Part shown: positions 37,783 to 46,640 of the stretch, piece after piece
How positions within the stretch are numbered: the first letter of the stretch is position 1
Layout: each line of letters starts with the position of its first letter
Assembly (NCBI GenBank): GCA_965219685.1
Contig: CBDCOH010000002.1
Coordinates: forward strand, 704,001-768,000
Direction of reading: 5' to 3'
Length of the DNA: 64,000 nt
From: Candidatus Spongiisociaceae bacterium
Lineage (GTDB): Bacteria; Actinomycetota; Acidimicrobiia; Spongiisociales; Spongiisociaceae
The notes under the pieces: model-generated
What the model was told of the DNA's origin: nothing
Seen by the model: only the letters and a program-made list of their open reading frames with translations
Databases searched by the model: none
Program-made: the position numbers and the translations under genes

Positions 37783-39135
37783 GTGACCATCGACGCCGCA
37801 TCCACCAGCGTGTTTCCCAAGTTTCTGAATCGGGCCTACCCGAATGTCGATCGTGGCCGCGGTGTGTGGCTCCAAACGACCGCCGGTCGGAGCATTCTCG
37901 ACGCCTGCTCCGGTGGGACTATGGCGGCGGGCCTCGGTCACGGAGTCGACGAGATCGTGGATGTGGCTGCGGCCGGTCTGGGAGACATCGTCTATTACTA
38001 CGCCCATCACTTCACCAACCTTCCGCAGGAGGAACTGGCGGCCCGCCTTGCGGAGTTGGCGCCGGAGATGGCCAGAGTCCGCTTCCTGAGCGGTGGTTCG
38101 GAGGCCAACGAGACCGCTCTGCGCCTGGCTCGCCAGTATCACGTGGACCGCGGCGAAGCTGCTCGCTGGAGGGTCATCTCACCGGCGCAGGCCTACCACG
38201 GCGCCACGATGGCGACCCTGTCGCTGGTTGGCCGGCCCGGCCTGCAGGCGCCGTTCGACCCCTACCTCTCCGAGCACCTCCACATCCCGCCGTCCACGGG
38301 CCGGTTCGACCCGACCGGCCAGGCCGCCCTCGACGCTTTGGATGACGCGCTGGAGCAGGCCGGTCCCGGGAATGTCTCGGCCTTCTTCTGCGAACCGGTA
38401 AGCGCGGCTTCGCTGCCCGGCTACTCGGCCCCGTCCTCCTTCTGGGAAGGGCTGGCCGAGCGAAGGGACCGCCACGGTTTCCTGGTCTGCTTCGACGAGG
38501 TGGTCACCGGCATGGGGCGTACGGGAGACTGGTTCGCCTACCAAGGCATGCCGATAACCCCGGACATAGTGACCATCGGGAAGCTCCTCGGTGGTGGCTA
38601 CTTCCCGCTCGCCGCCACCATGTGCCGCCAACCGGTCTACGACGCCCTGGCAAACGGATCGAAGGACTTCGATCTGGGACACACGTGGGACGGGGCCCCT
38701 CTCAGCTGCGCAGTGGGTCTGGCGGTCGTCGACTACATCGAGTCCCATGGTCTGGTCGAGCGGGTGGCCGCGCGTGGACCGGCGCTGCTCGAGGAGTTGC
38801 GGGCGGCTGTCAAAGGCTACGAGATCGTCGGCGAGGTCAGAGGCCGGGGGTTCCTTCTCGGTGTCGAGTACGTGGATCCCCGGGACGGAACCTCGATCCC
38901 ACCGGCGTCCCTAGGGATCGCCGGCCGGATCGACACATCCGCGCTGGACAACGACCTCATCGTCATGTCGACCCATCCCAATGCGGACGGATACGCCGGT
39001 GACCAGACCGTCTTCGCCCCGGCGCTGACCAGCACCGACGAGGAGTTGGGCGAGATGGTCGAAAGGCTCGCCCACGTGATCGGGGAGGTCGACAGGACGG
39101 TAAGGGACATCTTGGCCAACGGAGGAACGACATGA
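37783..39135 (+). CDS. Class-III aminotransferase
   Basis: GGSEANE, YHG, FDEVVTGMGRTG, GK, GHT; close paralog of the upstream gene. Confidence 0.94.
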   Translation: MTIDAASTSVFPKFLNRAYPNVDRGRGVWLQTTAGRSILDACSGGTMAAGLGHGVDEIVDVAAAGLGDIVYYYAHHFTNLPQEELAARLAELAPEMARVRFLSGGSEANETALRLARQYHVDRGEAARWRVISPAQAYHGATMATLSLVGRPGLQAPFDPYLSEHLHIPPSTGRFDPTGQAALDALDDALEQAGPGNVSAFFCEPVSAASLPGYSAPSSFWEGLAERRDRHGFLVCFDEVVTGMGRTGDWFAYQGMPITPDIVTIGKLLGGGYFPLAATMCRQPVYDALANGSKDFDLGHTWDGAPLSCAVGLAVVDYIESHGLVERVAARGPALLEELRAAVKGYEIVGEVRGRGFLLGVEYVDPRDGTSIPPASLGIAGRIDTSALDNDLIVMSTHPNADGYAGDQTVFAPALTSTDEELGEMVERLAHVIGEVDRTVRDILANGGTT

Positions 39136-40424
39136 CCTGGAACCCATCCGACGACGGCTTCGTACTGCTGGGGATGCCGGATGTGCACGGCTCGATCCGG
39201 GGCAAAGCGTTCCGGCCGGGCGCGTTTCGATCAGCCGTCGAGAAGGGAACGGTGATGACCGATCTGTGGCTGGGCCTGGATCCGGTCGACATGCCGATCG
39301 CCGACTACCAGGAGTACGGCATCAATACCGGGGCTCCCGATCTCCTGCTGCAGCCGGACCCGGACAGCCTGCGCCCGCTGGCCTGGCGCCCGGGTTGGGG
39401 CATCTGCCTGGCTGACCCGAGTTGGCCGGACGGTTCAAGGTGCACCCTCGCTTCCCGCGAGGTACTGCGGGACGCACTTGCTGATCTAGGAGGTCTCGGC
39501 TACGAGGTGATGGCGGGTTTCGAGTACGAGGTCCGGATCCGTGACGAGGAGGACAAGCCCCTGTCGTCGGGCATCAGCTACAGCCTGGGGGAGATCGGCC
39601 GATTCGACCGGCTCCTGGAGGTGTTGGTACCGGCACTGGAAGGTCTCGGCGTGGACCTCGAGGCGGTCCACACCGAGGCGGGTCCGGGCCTTCTGGAGTT
39701 GAACATCGCGGCGAAGCGCGGGATGCAGGCCGCCGACGACGCCGCTCTGCTCAAGTTTGCGGTCAAGGAGGTGGCGGCGTCCCTCGGTCTCACGGCCAGC
39801 TTCCTTGCCAAGACCATGCCGCTCGAGGAGGGTTCGAGCGGACACGTACACATGTCGTTCTGGCAGGGCGAACACAATGCCTTCGCCCCCGATGACCACG
39901 GGAGCTTCCCGGATGCGTGCATGGCCGCCATCGGAGGCATCCTCGACCACCTGCCGGCCGCCTCGCTACTCGTGAACCCCACGATCAACTCCTACAAGCG
40001 CCTGGTTCCGGGCTACTTCGCCCCGGTCAACGTGAGTTGGGGCTACGAGAACCGTTCTACCTCGGTGCGGGCCATCCGGGGCGGCCGTCCCGCCCGTTCG
40101 CGCCTGGAGTGCCGCCGACCCGGGGCCGACGCCAACCCGTACCTGGCACTGTCGGCGCTGGTCACGTCCGCCATCCTGGGAATCCGGGACGGGGCGGTGC
40201 CTCCTGCTCCGGAGACCACAGATGTCTCCGAGCGGGCCGACCTGCCCGCTCTGCCCAACTCGTTGGAGAGCGCCCTGGGAGCCTTCCGTGCCGACACCGC
40301 CCTGCAGCAGGCGCTGGGCGCGGAGTTCAGCGGCTACTACGACATATCGCGGGCCTGGGAACTGCGGGCCTGGCAGGAGAGCGTCAGCGATTGGGAGCGG
40401 GAACGCTATACGAGGGCTGTCTAG
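39132..40424 (+). CDS. Glutamine synthetase-like (gamma-glutamyl ligase) protein
   Basis: GFEYE, HTEAGPGLLE, GSSGHVHMS, NSYKRL, WG.ENR, RLE.R.PGADANPY. Confidence 0.92.
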   Translation: MTWNPSDDGFVLLGMPDVHGSIRGKAFRPGAFRSAVEKGTVMTDLWLGLDPVDMPIADYQEYGINTGAPDLLLQPDPDSLRPLAWRPGWGICLADPSWPDGSRCTLASREVLRDALADLGGLGYEVMAGFEYEVRIRDEEDKPLSSGISYSLGEIGRFDRLLEVLVPALEGLGVDLEAVHTEAGPGLLELNIAAKRGMQAADDAALLKFAVKEVAASLGLTASFLAKTMPLEEGSSGHVHMSFWQGEHNAFAPDDHGSFPDACMAAIGGILDHLPAASLLVNPTINSYKRLVPGYFAPVNVSWGYENRSTSVRAIRGGRPARSRLECRRPGADANPYLALSALVTSAILGIRDGAVPPAPETTDVSERADLPALPNSLESALGAFRADTALQQALGAEFSGYYDISRAWELRAWQESVSDWERERYTRAV

Positions 40425-40453
40425 CGTCGCCTTGACCGAAGGGAGTTTCGGGA

Positions 40454-40891
40454 ATGACCGTCAGGTTGAATAGAGCGGTGGGGGCCGGAATGGTTGCGTA
40501 CTCGGCTCTGTACGGGATCCAGGTGGTCTTCGGAATCCTCTACTCGGATGCTCTGCCGGCGTCCGATGTGTACGCGGTCATGAACTACATCTCGGCGGCG
40601 GGGATTCTTGTCTCGCTGGCCGTGGCCTGGTGCCGCAAGCGCGGATGTGGCCTTGGGCCCGCCGGTCCGGAACAGTATCTGGCGGTGCAAGCAGGTTTCT
40701 ATGTGGCCCTGGCTCTGGCAATCTGGTTCTTCACTCTCTGGTTGCGGCTGCTCACGCTCGACGACGGTGAGACCGTCCCGGACCCCGACACGGTTATCTG
40801 GTTCCTGGTATCTGCCCTGATCCCGATTGTCTTGGGTACCAACGGCGCCGTACTCTGGAAGTCCGGCAAGTTGGTGAGTCGTGAGTGGTGA
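40454..40891 (+). CDS. Hypothetical 4-TM membrane protein
   Basis: Four hydrophobic segments; last codons and stop lie inside a heptamer array. Confidence 0.7.
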   Translation: MTVRLNRAVGAGMVAYSALYGIQVVFGILYSDALPASDVYAVMNYISAAGILVSLAVAWCRKRGCGLGPAGPEQYLAVQAGFYVALALAIWFFTLWLRLLTLDDGETVPDPDTVIWFLVSALIPIVLGTNGAVLWKSGKLVSREW

Positions 40892-40904
40892 GTGGTGAGT
40901 GGTG
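40872..40904 (+). repeat. Heptamer array TGGTGAG TCGTGAG TGGTGAG TGGTGAG TGGTG
   Basis: Read directly; supplies the TGA stop at 40889-40891. Confidence 0.9.
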
Positions 40905-41040
40905 TCCAGATAGACCAAGTCGCTGAAGCAGGAGCCTACGAGGTTGCTATTCGGATGGTCCACCCATGCCTCTCTCGTGTCGTGTTGCCGGTGCAAACGT
41001 CCTGCTTGAAACTTCGGAAAAGGGTTGAGGCCCGCCCAAC

Positions 41041-41057
41041 GTAATTACAGTAATTAC
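41041..41057. promoter_or_regulatory. Putative toxin-antitoxin operator (tandem palindromes)
   Basis: GTAATTAC-A-GTAATTAC just before a TATCAT hexamer (41064-41069) upstream of the antitoxin gene. Confidence 0.65.
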
Positions 41058-41102
41058 TTCGACTATCATGGGCAGGTCGTGGGCGGATAATCGGGAATCA
41101 AG

Positions 41103-41345
41103 GTGAGCGCGAGGGAAGTGAAGCTGATCCGGATCGGCAACTCAAAGGGTATCCGGATACCGAAGACCATTCTCGACCGGTATGGCTGGGAGGACTCCCT
41201 GGTCTTGGAGGAGGCTGAAGACAGTGTCGTCCTGAGGGGGAACGAGGCCGGCAAGCTGTCCTGGGAGCGAACCTACCGTGCGATGGCCTCCGAGCAGGAG
41301 GACTGGAGCGACTTCGACGTAACTGCCGCAGACGGACTGGACTGA
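41103..41345 (+). CDS. mazE: AbrB/MazE-type antitoxin
   Basis: LIRIGNSKGIRIPK swapped-hairpin motif, acidic tail; TGATG coupling to the toxin. Confidence 0.92.
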   Translation: MSAREVKLIRIGNSKGIRIPKTILDRYGWEDSLVLEEAEDSVVLRGNEAGKLSWERTYRAMASEQEDWSDFDVTAADGLD

Positions 41346-41677
41346 TGGCGGACTTCCCCGAGCGGTATGCTGTCCACTTCGCTGATCTCAACCCCACGGT
41401 CGGTAGTGAGATCCACAAAGTTCGTCCCGTTGTGATAGTCAGCCGCAACGAGATGAACAAGTTGGTAAGTACTGTCGTGGTTTGCCCGCTCACCTCCAGG
41501 CTGCATCCACGCTGGCGTGGGCGGCTACAGATCCGTTGTGCGGGCAAGGAAGCCGAGATAGCCGTGGATCAGATCCGAGCCATCGACAAGCAGCGCCTGC
41601 GGAGGCGGATCGACCGGCTGTCCTCGGGCGAGGCCCGCCTGCTACGCCGCACGATCACCGAGATGTACGGGGAGTAG
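41345..41677 (+). CDS. mazF: PemK/MazF endoribonuclease toxin
   Basis: LNPTVGSEI.K.RPVVIVS, VCPLTS, DQIRAIDK.RL. Confidence 0.94.
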   Translation: MADFPERYAVHFADLNPTVGSEIHKVRPVVIVSRNEMNKLVSTVVVCPLTSRLHPRWRGRLQIRCAGKEAEIAVDQIRAIDKQRLRRRIDRLSSGEARLLRRTITEMYGE

Positions 41678-41797
41678 CAGCGCCTAGGCACCTCGTTTTC
41701 CTCAACCTCGAACCTTCGGCAACCCCAATCCTTGTAGTGGTGGCATAGGAATACGGGCACCTGGAGACGGGATGATCTAAGGGCTGCTGGCCTCGCC

Positions 41798-43057
41798 TCA
41801 TCTATAGACCGCTGCACGGACGCCGGGGGACTTGACCAGCCGGCCTCCCTTCCAGACCATGCTGATCTGAGAAGCGTCGCCGAGGATCCTGATGTCGTCG
41901 AGGGGGTTCGTGGCTACCGCTATGACGTCGGCGTCGTAGCCTTCGGCCAGCAACCCTGCCTTGGGCGCCCTTGGGCCTAGCGTCGCCGGACCGTTGGCAG
42001 TGGCCGCCTCGATCGCCTGGAGGGGTGTCATGCCGGCTTTGACCAGGGCGGCGAGTTCCAGTCCGTTGGTGCCCCAAGGCCCGCCGCTAACCATGATGTC
42101 GGCTCCCGTGGCGATGGGAATCCCCGAGGCGATGGCGAGTCGCATCGCGTCGGTGTGTGTTCGGTGGACCTTGGCCTGGGCCTGCCACGCCCAATCGGGG
42201 ATCTGGCCCTTGAGCGACACCAGGTACTCGACGGCGTGGCGGGTCGGTACCGCCATAGTTCCCATCTCCAGCATCAGCTCGGCGGTTTCCCGGTCGAGGG
42301 TGCTGCAGTGCTCGATGGTCTTGACGCCCGCTCGTGTCGCTGCCTTCACACCCGCTAGCCCGTGGCAGTGGGCGCCCACCGCCATCTCCGCCATGGCCGC
42401 CTCCTCGACGATGGCGCGTAACTCCTTGTCGTTGAACTGCCGGTGGTCCGGATGGTCGAAATGGCTCATCGTCCCGCCCGTGGCGTTGATCTTGATCACC
42501 TTGGCGCCCACCCGGATCTGGCGGCGGACGGCCTTTATGCACTCCTCGACCCCGTCGCAGACGGCCACCCATCCCACGCCCGAAGCGGCCAGGTCATCCC
42601 TCCAGGACTCGGGCATCCAGTGGATGTCACTGTGCCCGGCCGTGGGACCGAGTGCCGATCCCGCCCCGTAAATGTTCGGCCCGACCAGGGTTCCCTCGTC
42701 GACCAGGCGACCCAGGTGAACCCCGAGGCCTCCCATCTCGCGCGTGCTGGTGAAGCCTGCCATCAGGAGGGTGTGCGCGTCGCGAGCTGCCCGGACCGCC
42801 AGCATCGGCAGCGGAGTGGTCGCGAGTTGTGTCAGATCGGGTCCCGCAGTTCCGAAGAAGTGGGAGTGGCAGTCCCACATACCGGGCATGACCACAGGCA
42901 CCTGATAGGTCGTGCTTCCCGGAGTCGCAGGGGCGTCCGCCGACAGCCCTGCAAACGTGATCGTCTCGCCATCTATCACCACGCACCCGTCGGGCACAGG
43001 ATCGCCCCGTCCCGGAATCAGCAGTTGGGCCTTGATCCTCACCGACTCACTAGTCAC
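41798..43057 (-). CDS. Metal-dependent amidohydrolase (Xaa-Pro dipeptidase-like subgroup)
   Basis: PGMWDCHSH, IKINATGG, AHCHG, IEH, GAD and ADVI motifs; GTG 43057 with GGAGG RBS. Confidence 0.9.
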   Translation of the reverse strand: MTSESVRIKAQLLIPGRGDPVPDGCVVIDGETITFAGLSADAPATPGSTTYQVPVVMPGMWDCHSHFFGTAGPDLTQLATTPLPMLAVRAARDAHTLLMAGFTSTREMGGLGVHLGRLVDEGTLVGPNIYGAGSALGPTAGHSDIHWMPESWRDDLAASGVGWVAVCDGVEECIKAVRRQIRVGAKVIKINATGGTMSHFDHPDHRQFNDKELRAIVEEAAMAEMAVGAHCHGLAGVKAATRAGVKTIEHCSTLDRETAELMLEMGTMAVPTRHAVEYLVSLKGQIPDWAWQAQAKVHRTHTDAMRLAIASGIPIATGADIMVSGGPWGTNGLELAALVKAGMTPLQAIEAATANGPATLGPRAPKAGLLAEGYDADVIAVATNPLDDIRILGDASQISMVWKGGRLVKSPGVRAAVYR

Positions 43058-43119
43058 ATCGTCCTCCCCGCATCGCACGATAGGCTAGGTGGCCCGGAGT
43101 TTGCGACGAGGGATCCGGT

Positions 43120-43551
43120 TTGCGAGTCACCCGTAAGGTCTTCATCAACCGCAACCCGGGCATCGTGTTCGGTTACCTCGCCTCCCCGTCAAACGAGCCG
43201 ATCTGGCGCGCAAGCATCCTCAGTGCCACTCCGGACCAACCGGACGTCCTTGAGAGGGGCGCCACCGGCACGAGCCTTGTCAGGTTCATGGGCCGAGACG
43301 TAGACGTACGCTGGGAGATAGTGGAGTTCGATCCCGAAGCCAGGCTATGCAGGGAGTATGCGGCGGGGGTCCGGGGCGGCCGGGACCGCTACACGCTGCA
43401 GCGGTTCGGCATCGGATCCACCATAGTTAACGTTGAAGTAGAAGTTGAGTCGGCTGGTCTGATGGGCCTGCTCGCAACCAGCCGACGTACCTCGATGGAA
43501 CACGAACTCCGCACCGACCTACAACGCCTGAAGGCCATCCTCGAGGGATAG
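43120..43551 (+). CDS. SRPBCC (START-like) domain protein
   Basis: I..P..VF.YL...N.P.W N-terminus and DL.RLK.ILE C-terminal helix. Confidence 0.82.
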   Translation: MRVTRKVFINRNPGIVFGYLASPSNEPIWRASILSATPDQPDVLERGATGTSLVRFMGRDVDVRWEIVEFDPEARLCREYAAGVRGGRDRYTLQRFGIGSTIVNVEVEVESAGLMGLLATSRRTSMEHELRTDLQRLKAILEG

Positions 43552-43599
43552 TCGCCGATTGCCGGTTGCCAGGCTATAGCACTAGGTTGAGGTTGTTAG

Positions 43600-43695
43600 C
43601 ACCACTCACCATTCACCATTCACCATTCACCATTCACCATTCACCACTCACCACTCACCACTCACCACTCACCACTCACCACTCACCACTCACTA
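43600..43695 (-). repeat. Compound heptamer array: on + strand CACCACT, (CACCATT)x5, (CACCACT)x7
   Basis: 13 units at 43600-43690 abutting the GS-like gene stop; short G-rich arm TCGCCGA TTGCCGG TTGCCAG at 43552-43572. Confidence 0.97.
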
Positions 43696-45057
43696 ATAAA
43701 GCTCTAGGTACTCGTTGGTTTCCCAGGCGCTGATCTCGTCGGTGCGTTGCGAGTCGGGGTCATCGTTCTCCTCGGCGGAGTACCGACCCAGTTCGTAGCG
43801 ACGCACCGCCAGCATGGCATCCTTGAACTCCTGGCCGAAGAATTCGGTGGTGGCCGCACTAGCCTCGAAGTGGTCCAGTGCCTCGCCGAGGGTGGCCGGG
43901 AGCTTCTCTAGTGACTCATCCTCTTCGGCAGGAACTCCCTTGCGGGAAGGCGCCGGGGGCTCCAGTCCGTTCTCGATCCCGTCCAATCCGGCAGCCAGTA
44001 TCGCCGCGCTGGCCAGGTACGGGTTCATCAAGGCGCTCGGAGAGCGGGTCTCGATCCGCGTGGCGTCCGGACCGGCCGCCTTCACTCTGAGCAGGGCCGA
44101 GCGGTCCTCGAGTCCCCATGAAATGTTGGTGGGACTAAAGGTGTGGGTACGGCGCCGCCGGCGGCAGTTGATGGTGGGGGCGAGCAGGGCGTCGATGGCG
44201 TTGGCATGGGTGATGAGCCCGGCGACGAACTGGAGACCGGTTTCGCTGAGTCCTTGATCGTGGGATTCGTCAGCCATGACATTCTGCCCGCTGTCCTTGT
44301 CCACCAGCGACATGTGGATGTGGCAGCCGTTCCCGGAGTGTCCAGCCCACGGCTTGGTCATGAAGGTGGCCACGTAGCCGTCCTGATGAGCGATCTGCTT
44401 GGCGCCGTTCTTGAAGGTGAACGCCTTGTCGGGGCCGTCCATACCGGTGCCCGGGGTGAAGTTGATCTCCCACTGGGATCCTGCGTATTCGCAGTTGGAG
44501 GTGATGATGTCGATTCCGGCGTCGGGCATCAGGTCCACGATCCTGTTGATGGTCGGAACCCACTCGTTGCGGACGACGTTGAAGATGTGGTAGCCCTCGA
44601 AAAGGCGTTCGTGGGTCTCGCCGTCGAGGAGGTAGAACTCGAACTCGCATCCGGTCATCGGTGCGAAACCCATGGCCGCGGCCTTGGCCAGTACCCGGCG
44701 GTAGACGGCCCTAGGGGTGGCCTCCAAGGTCTTGCCGTCGTACCACTGCGCGTCGCAGATGAGGCGCGCGGTCTCAGGAGCCCAGGGCACGATCGCGGCT
44801 GTGGCCGGGTCGGGGAACAGGAGTTGGTCTCCGTAGCCGACCTCTTCGTTGTAGAGGCTTCCGGGCACGACATCGGAGCGTGTGTCGAGCACCGCGGTCC
44901 CCCCGTACATGTTGAGGCCTTTCACAGCGAAGCTCCGGGCGGCCTTGAGGGGGACGACCTTGGTGCGGGAAGTCCCATGCAGGTCGGGTAGCTCGAAGCG
45001 CACCCTCTTGATTCCCTGTGACTCCCAGTCGTCGAAGATTTGGTCGAACTCGGACAC
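43693..45057 (-). CDS. Glutamine synthetase-like (gamma-glutamyl ligase) protein
   Basis: GCEFEFY, EYAGSQWE, ATFMTKP, GNGCHIHMS, WGLEDR, RIE.R...NPY. Confidence 0.92.
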   Translation of the reverse strand: MSEFDQIFDDWESQGIKRVRFELPDLHGTSRTKVVPLKAARSFAVKGLNMYGGTAVLDTRSDVVPGSLYNEEVGYGDQLLFPDPATAAIVPWAPETARLICDAQWYDGKTLEATPRAVYRRVLAKAAAMGFAPMTGCEFEFYLLDGETHERLFEGYHIFNVVRNEWVPTINRIVDLMPDAGIDIITSNCEYAGSQWEINFTPGTGMDGPDKAFTFKNGAKQIAHQDGYVATFMTKPWAGHSGNGCHIHMSLVDKDSGQNVMADESHDQGLSETGLQFVAGLITHANAIDALLAPTINCRRRRRTHTFSPTNISWGLEDRSALLRVKAAGPDATRIETRSPSALMNPYLASAAILAAGLDGIENGLEPPAPSRKGVPAEEDESLEKLPATLGEALDHFEASAATTEFFGQEFKDAMLAVRRYELGRYSAEENDDPDSQRTDEISAWETNEYLELY

Positions 45058-45123
45058 CTTCCGAACCTCCTCGTAACCGGCCCTACGATCGGGAACGACC
45101 CAGGCCTACGTCGTGGTCCGCCG

Positions 45124-45129
45124 ATTATA
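45124..45129 (-). promoter_or_regulatory. -10 element for the GS-like gene
   Basis: TATAAT on the minus strand about 67 bp before the start. Confidence 0.55.
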
Positions 45130-45143
45130 AGTGGTCGGCCCAC

Positions 45144-45276
45144 CACCATTCACCATTCACCATTCACCATTCACCATTCACCATTCACCATTCACCATTC
45201 ACCATTCACCATTCACCATTCACCATTCACCATTCACCATTCACCATTCACCATCCACCATCCACCATCCACCATC
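45144..45276 (+). repeat. Compound heptamer array (CACCATT)x15 (CACCATC)x4
   Basis: 19 tandem units read directly. Confidence 0.98.
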
Positions 45277-45281
45277 CAAGG

Positions 45282-45287
45282 TATCAT
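45282..45287 (+). promoter_or_regulatory. -10 element of a probable leaderless transcript
   Basis: TATCAT 6 nt before ATG 45294, no SD sequence. Confidence 0.55.
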
Positions 45288-45293
45288 CCTTCG

Positions 45294-46640
45294 ATGGCGA
45301 CATCACACCCCCGCGAATCGGCGGTCTTCTACCGCGTTCCCGACGACAAGTACCCGACGATGGTCCGCGCCTCGGGATTCCACCTGTGGGACTCTTCCGG
45401 TAAGCAGTACCTGGACCTGTCCAGCGGCATCTCGGCTACCGCCGGAATAGGGCAGGGCCGGCCGGAGATAGCCGAAGCCATGGCGGACCAGGCGCGTACC
45501 CTTTCCTTCGTCCACAACTCCCGGGTGACCAACGACCAGCAGGAGTTGCTGGCCGCACGCCTCGCCGAGTTGGCCCCGGACGGGGTGGGCAAGGTCATGT
45601 TCACCTCCGGCGGATCGGAGGCCAACGAACTGTCCATCCGCATAGCTCGCCAGTACCACCTGGCCAGGGGTGACTGGGAGCGGACCAAGATCGTTGCCCT
45701 CTCGCCCAGCTATCACGGCGCCACGGTCGGGGCTCTGTCGATGACCGGTCGCTGGGATGTGAACCGGGCTTACGACCCGCATCTCATGCACACGGTAAAG
45801 GTGACGTCGCCGGTCAACTTTCGGGGGCCCTTCGCAGGGCTGGAGGGGGAGGCTCTCGCGGATCGCGCCGCGGCCGCTGTGGACTCCGCCATCGAGGCGA
45901 CCGGACCGCATACGGTATCGGCTGTCATGGTCGAGCCGGTGTCCCCGTCGGCCGGGATGGCGGTGCCTCCTGCCTCGTACTGGCAGAAAGTGCGCGAGAT
46001 CTGCGATCGTCACGGGATCCTGCTCATCACCGATGAGATCGTGACCGGGGCCGGACGGACCGGCGAGTTCCTGGCCATGGAACACTTCGGGGTGGTTGCC
46101 GACCTCTGCAACCTGGCGAAGGGACTCAGCGGTGGATACGTGCCTCTTGGAGCGACGCTCGTCCGGACCGGGATCGTCGACGAGATAGCCGTCCAGAGCC
46201 GCCGGATGGCCGAGGTCCACACCTTCAGTGGCGCACCGATCTCCTGTGCGGTGGGTGTGGCCGTGCTGGAGGTCATCGTCCGGGAAGGTCTGGTCGAACA
46301 GGCGGCCAAGCGAGGGGCCTTCCTACATTTCCTGCTCGAGCACGAGTTGGGCCACCTACCGGTGGTCGGCGAGATCCGCGGTATCGGCCTCATGCAGATG
46401 GTCGAGTACGTGCGGTCGCGTGACGGCCGTGAGAAGTTCCCGCCGGAGTCGAACGTGGCCGCATCCCTGTCCTCCGCCATGTACGAGCGCGGGGTGGTGC
46501 TCAACACGCTCGGCTCGCAGAGTGCCCTGGTGGGGGATTGCACGGTCTTCTTTCCGGCCCTGACCATCGGTGAGTCGGATCTCGAACAAGGGGTCGCCGT
46601 ACTCCGCGAGGTGTTGGAGGAACAGCATGGCCGGTGGTGA
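45294..46640 (+). CDS. Class-III aminotransferase
   Basis: GGSEANE, SYHGAT, DEIVTGAGRTG, AKGLSGGY and HTF motifs. Confidence 0.94.
   Translation: MATSHPRESAVFYRVPDDKYPTMVRASGFHLWDSSGKQYLDLSSGISATAGIGQGRPEIAEAMADQARTLSFVHNSRVTNDQQELLAARLAELAPDGVGKVMFTSGGSEANELSIRIARQYHLARGDWERTKIVALSPSYHGATVGALSMTGRWDVNRAYDPHLMHTVKVTSPVNFRGPFAGLEGEALADRAAAAVDSAIEATGPHTVSAVMVEPVSPSAGMAVPPASYWQKVREICDRHGILLITDEIVTGAGRTGEFLAMEHFGVVADLCNLAKGLSGGYVPLGATLVRTGIVDEIAVQSRRMAEVHTFSGAPISCAVGVAVLEVIVREGLVEQAAKRGAFLHFLLEHELGHLPVVGEIRGIGLMQMVEYVRSRDGREKFPPESNVAASLSSAMYERGVVLNTLGSQSALVGDCTVFFPALTIGESDLEQGVAVLREVLEEQHGRW

Noticed and set aside
45018-45293. ORF extensions and small ORFs with FTIHHSP, TTHHSPL or TTDYRLP repeats (also at 18092, 18980-19156, 20981, 13110)
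   Set aside because: They are translations of the stop-free C-rich strand of the heptamer arrays, and better starts exist downstream (ATG 45294, GTG 18979).
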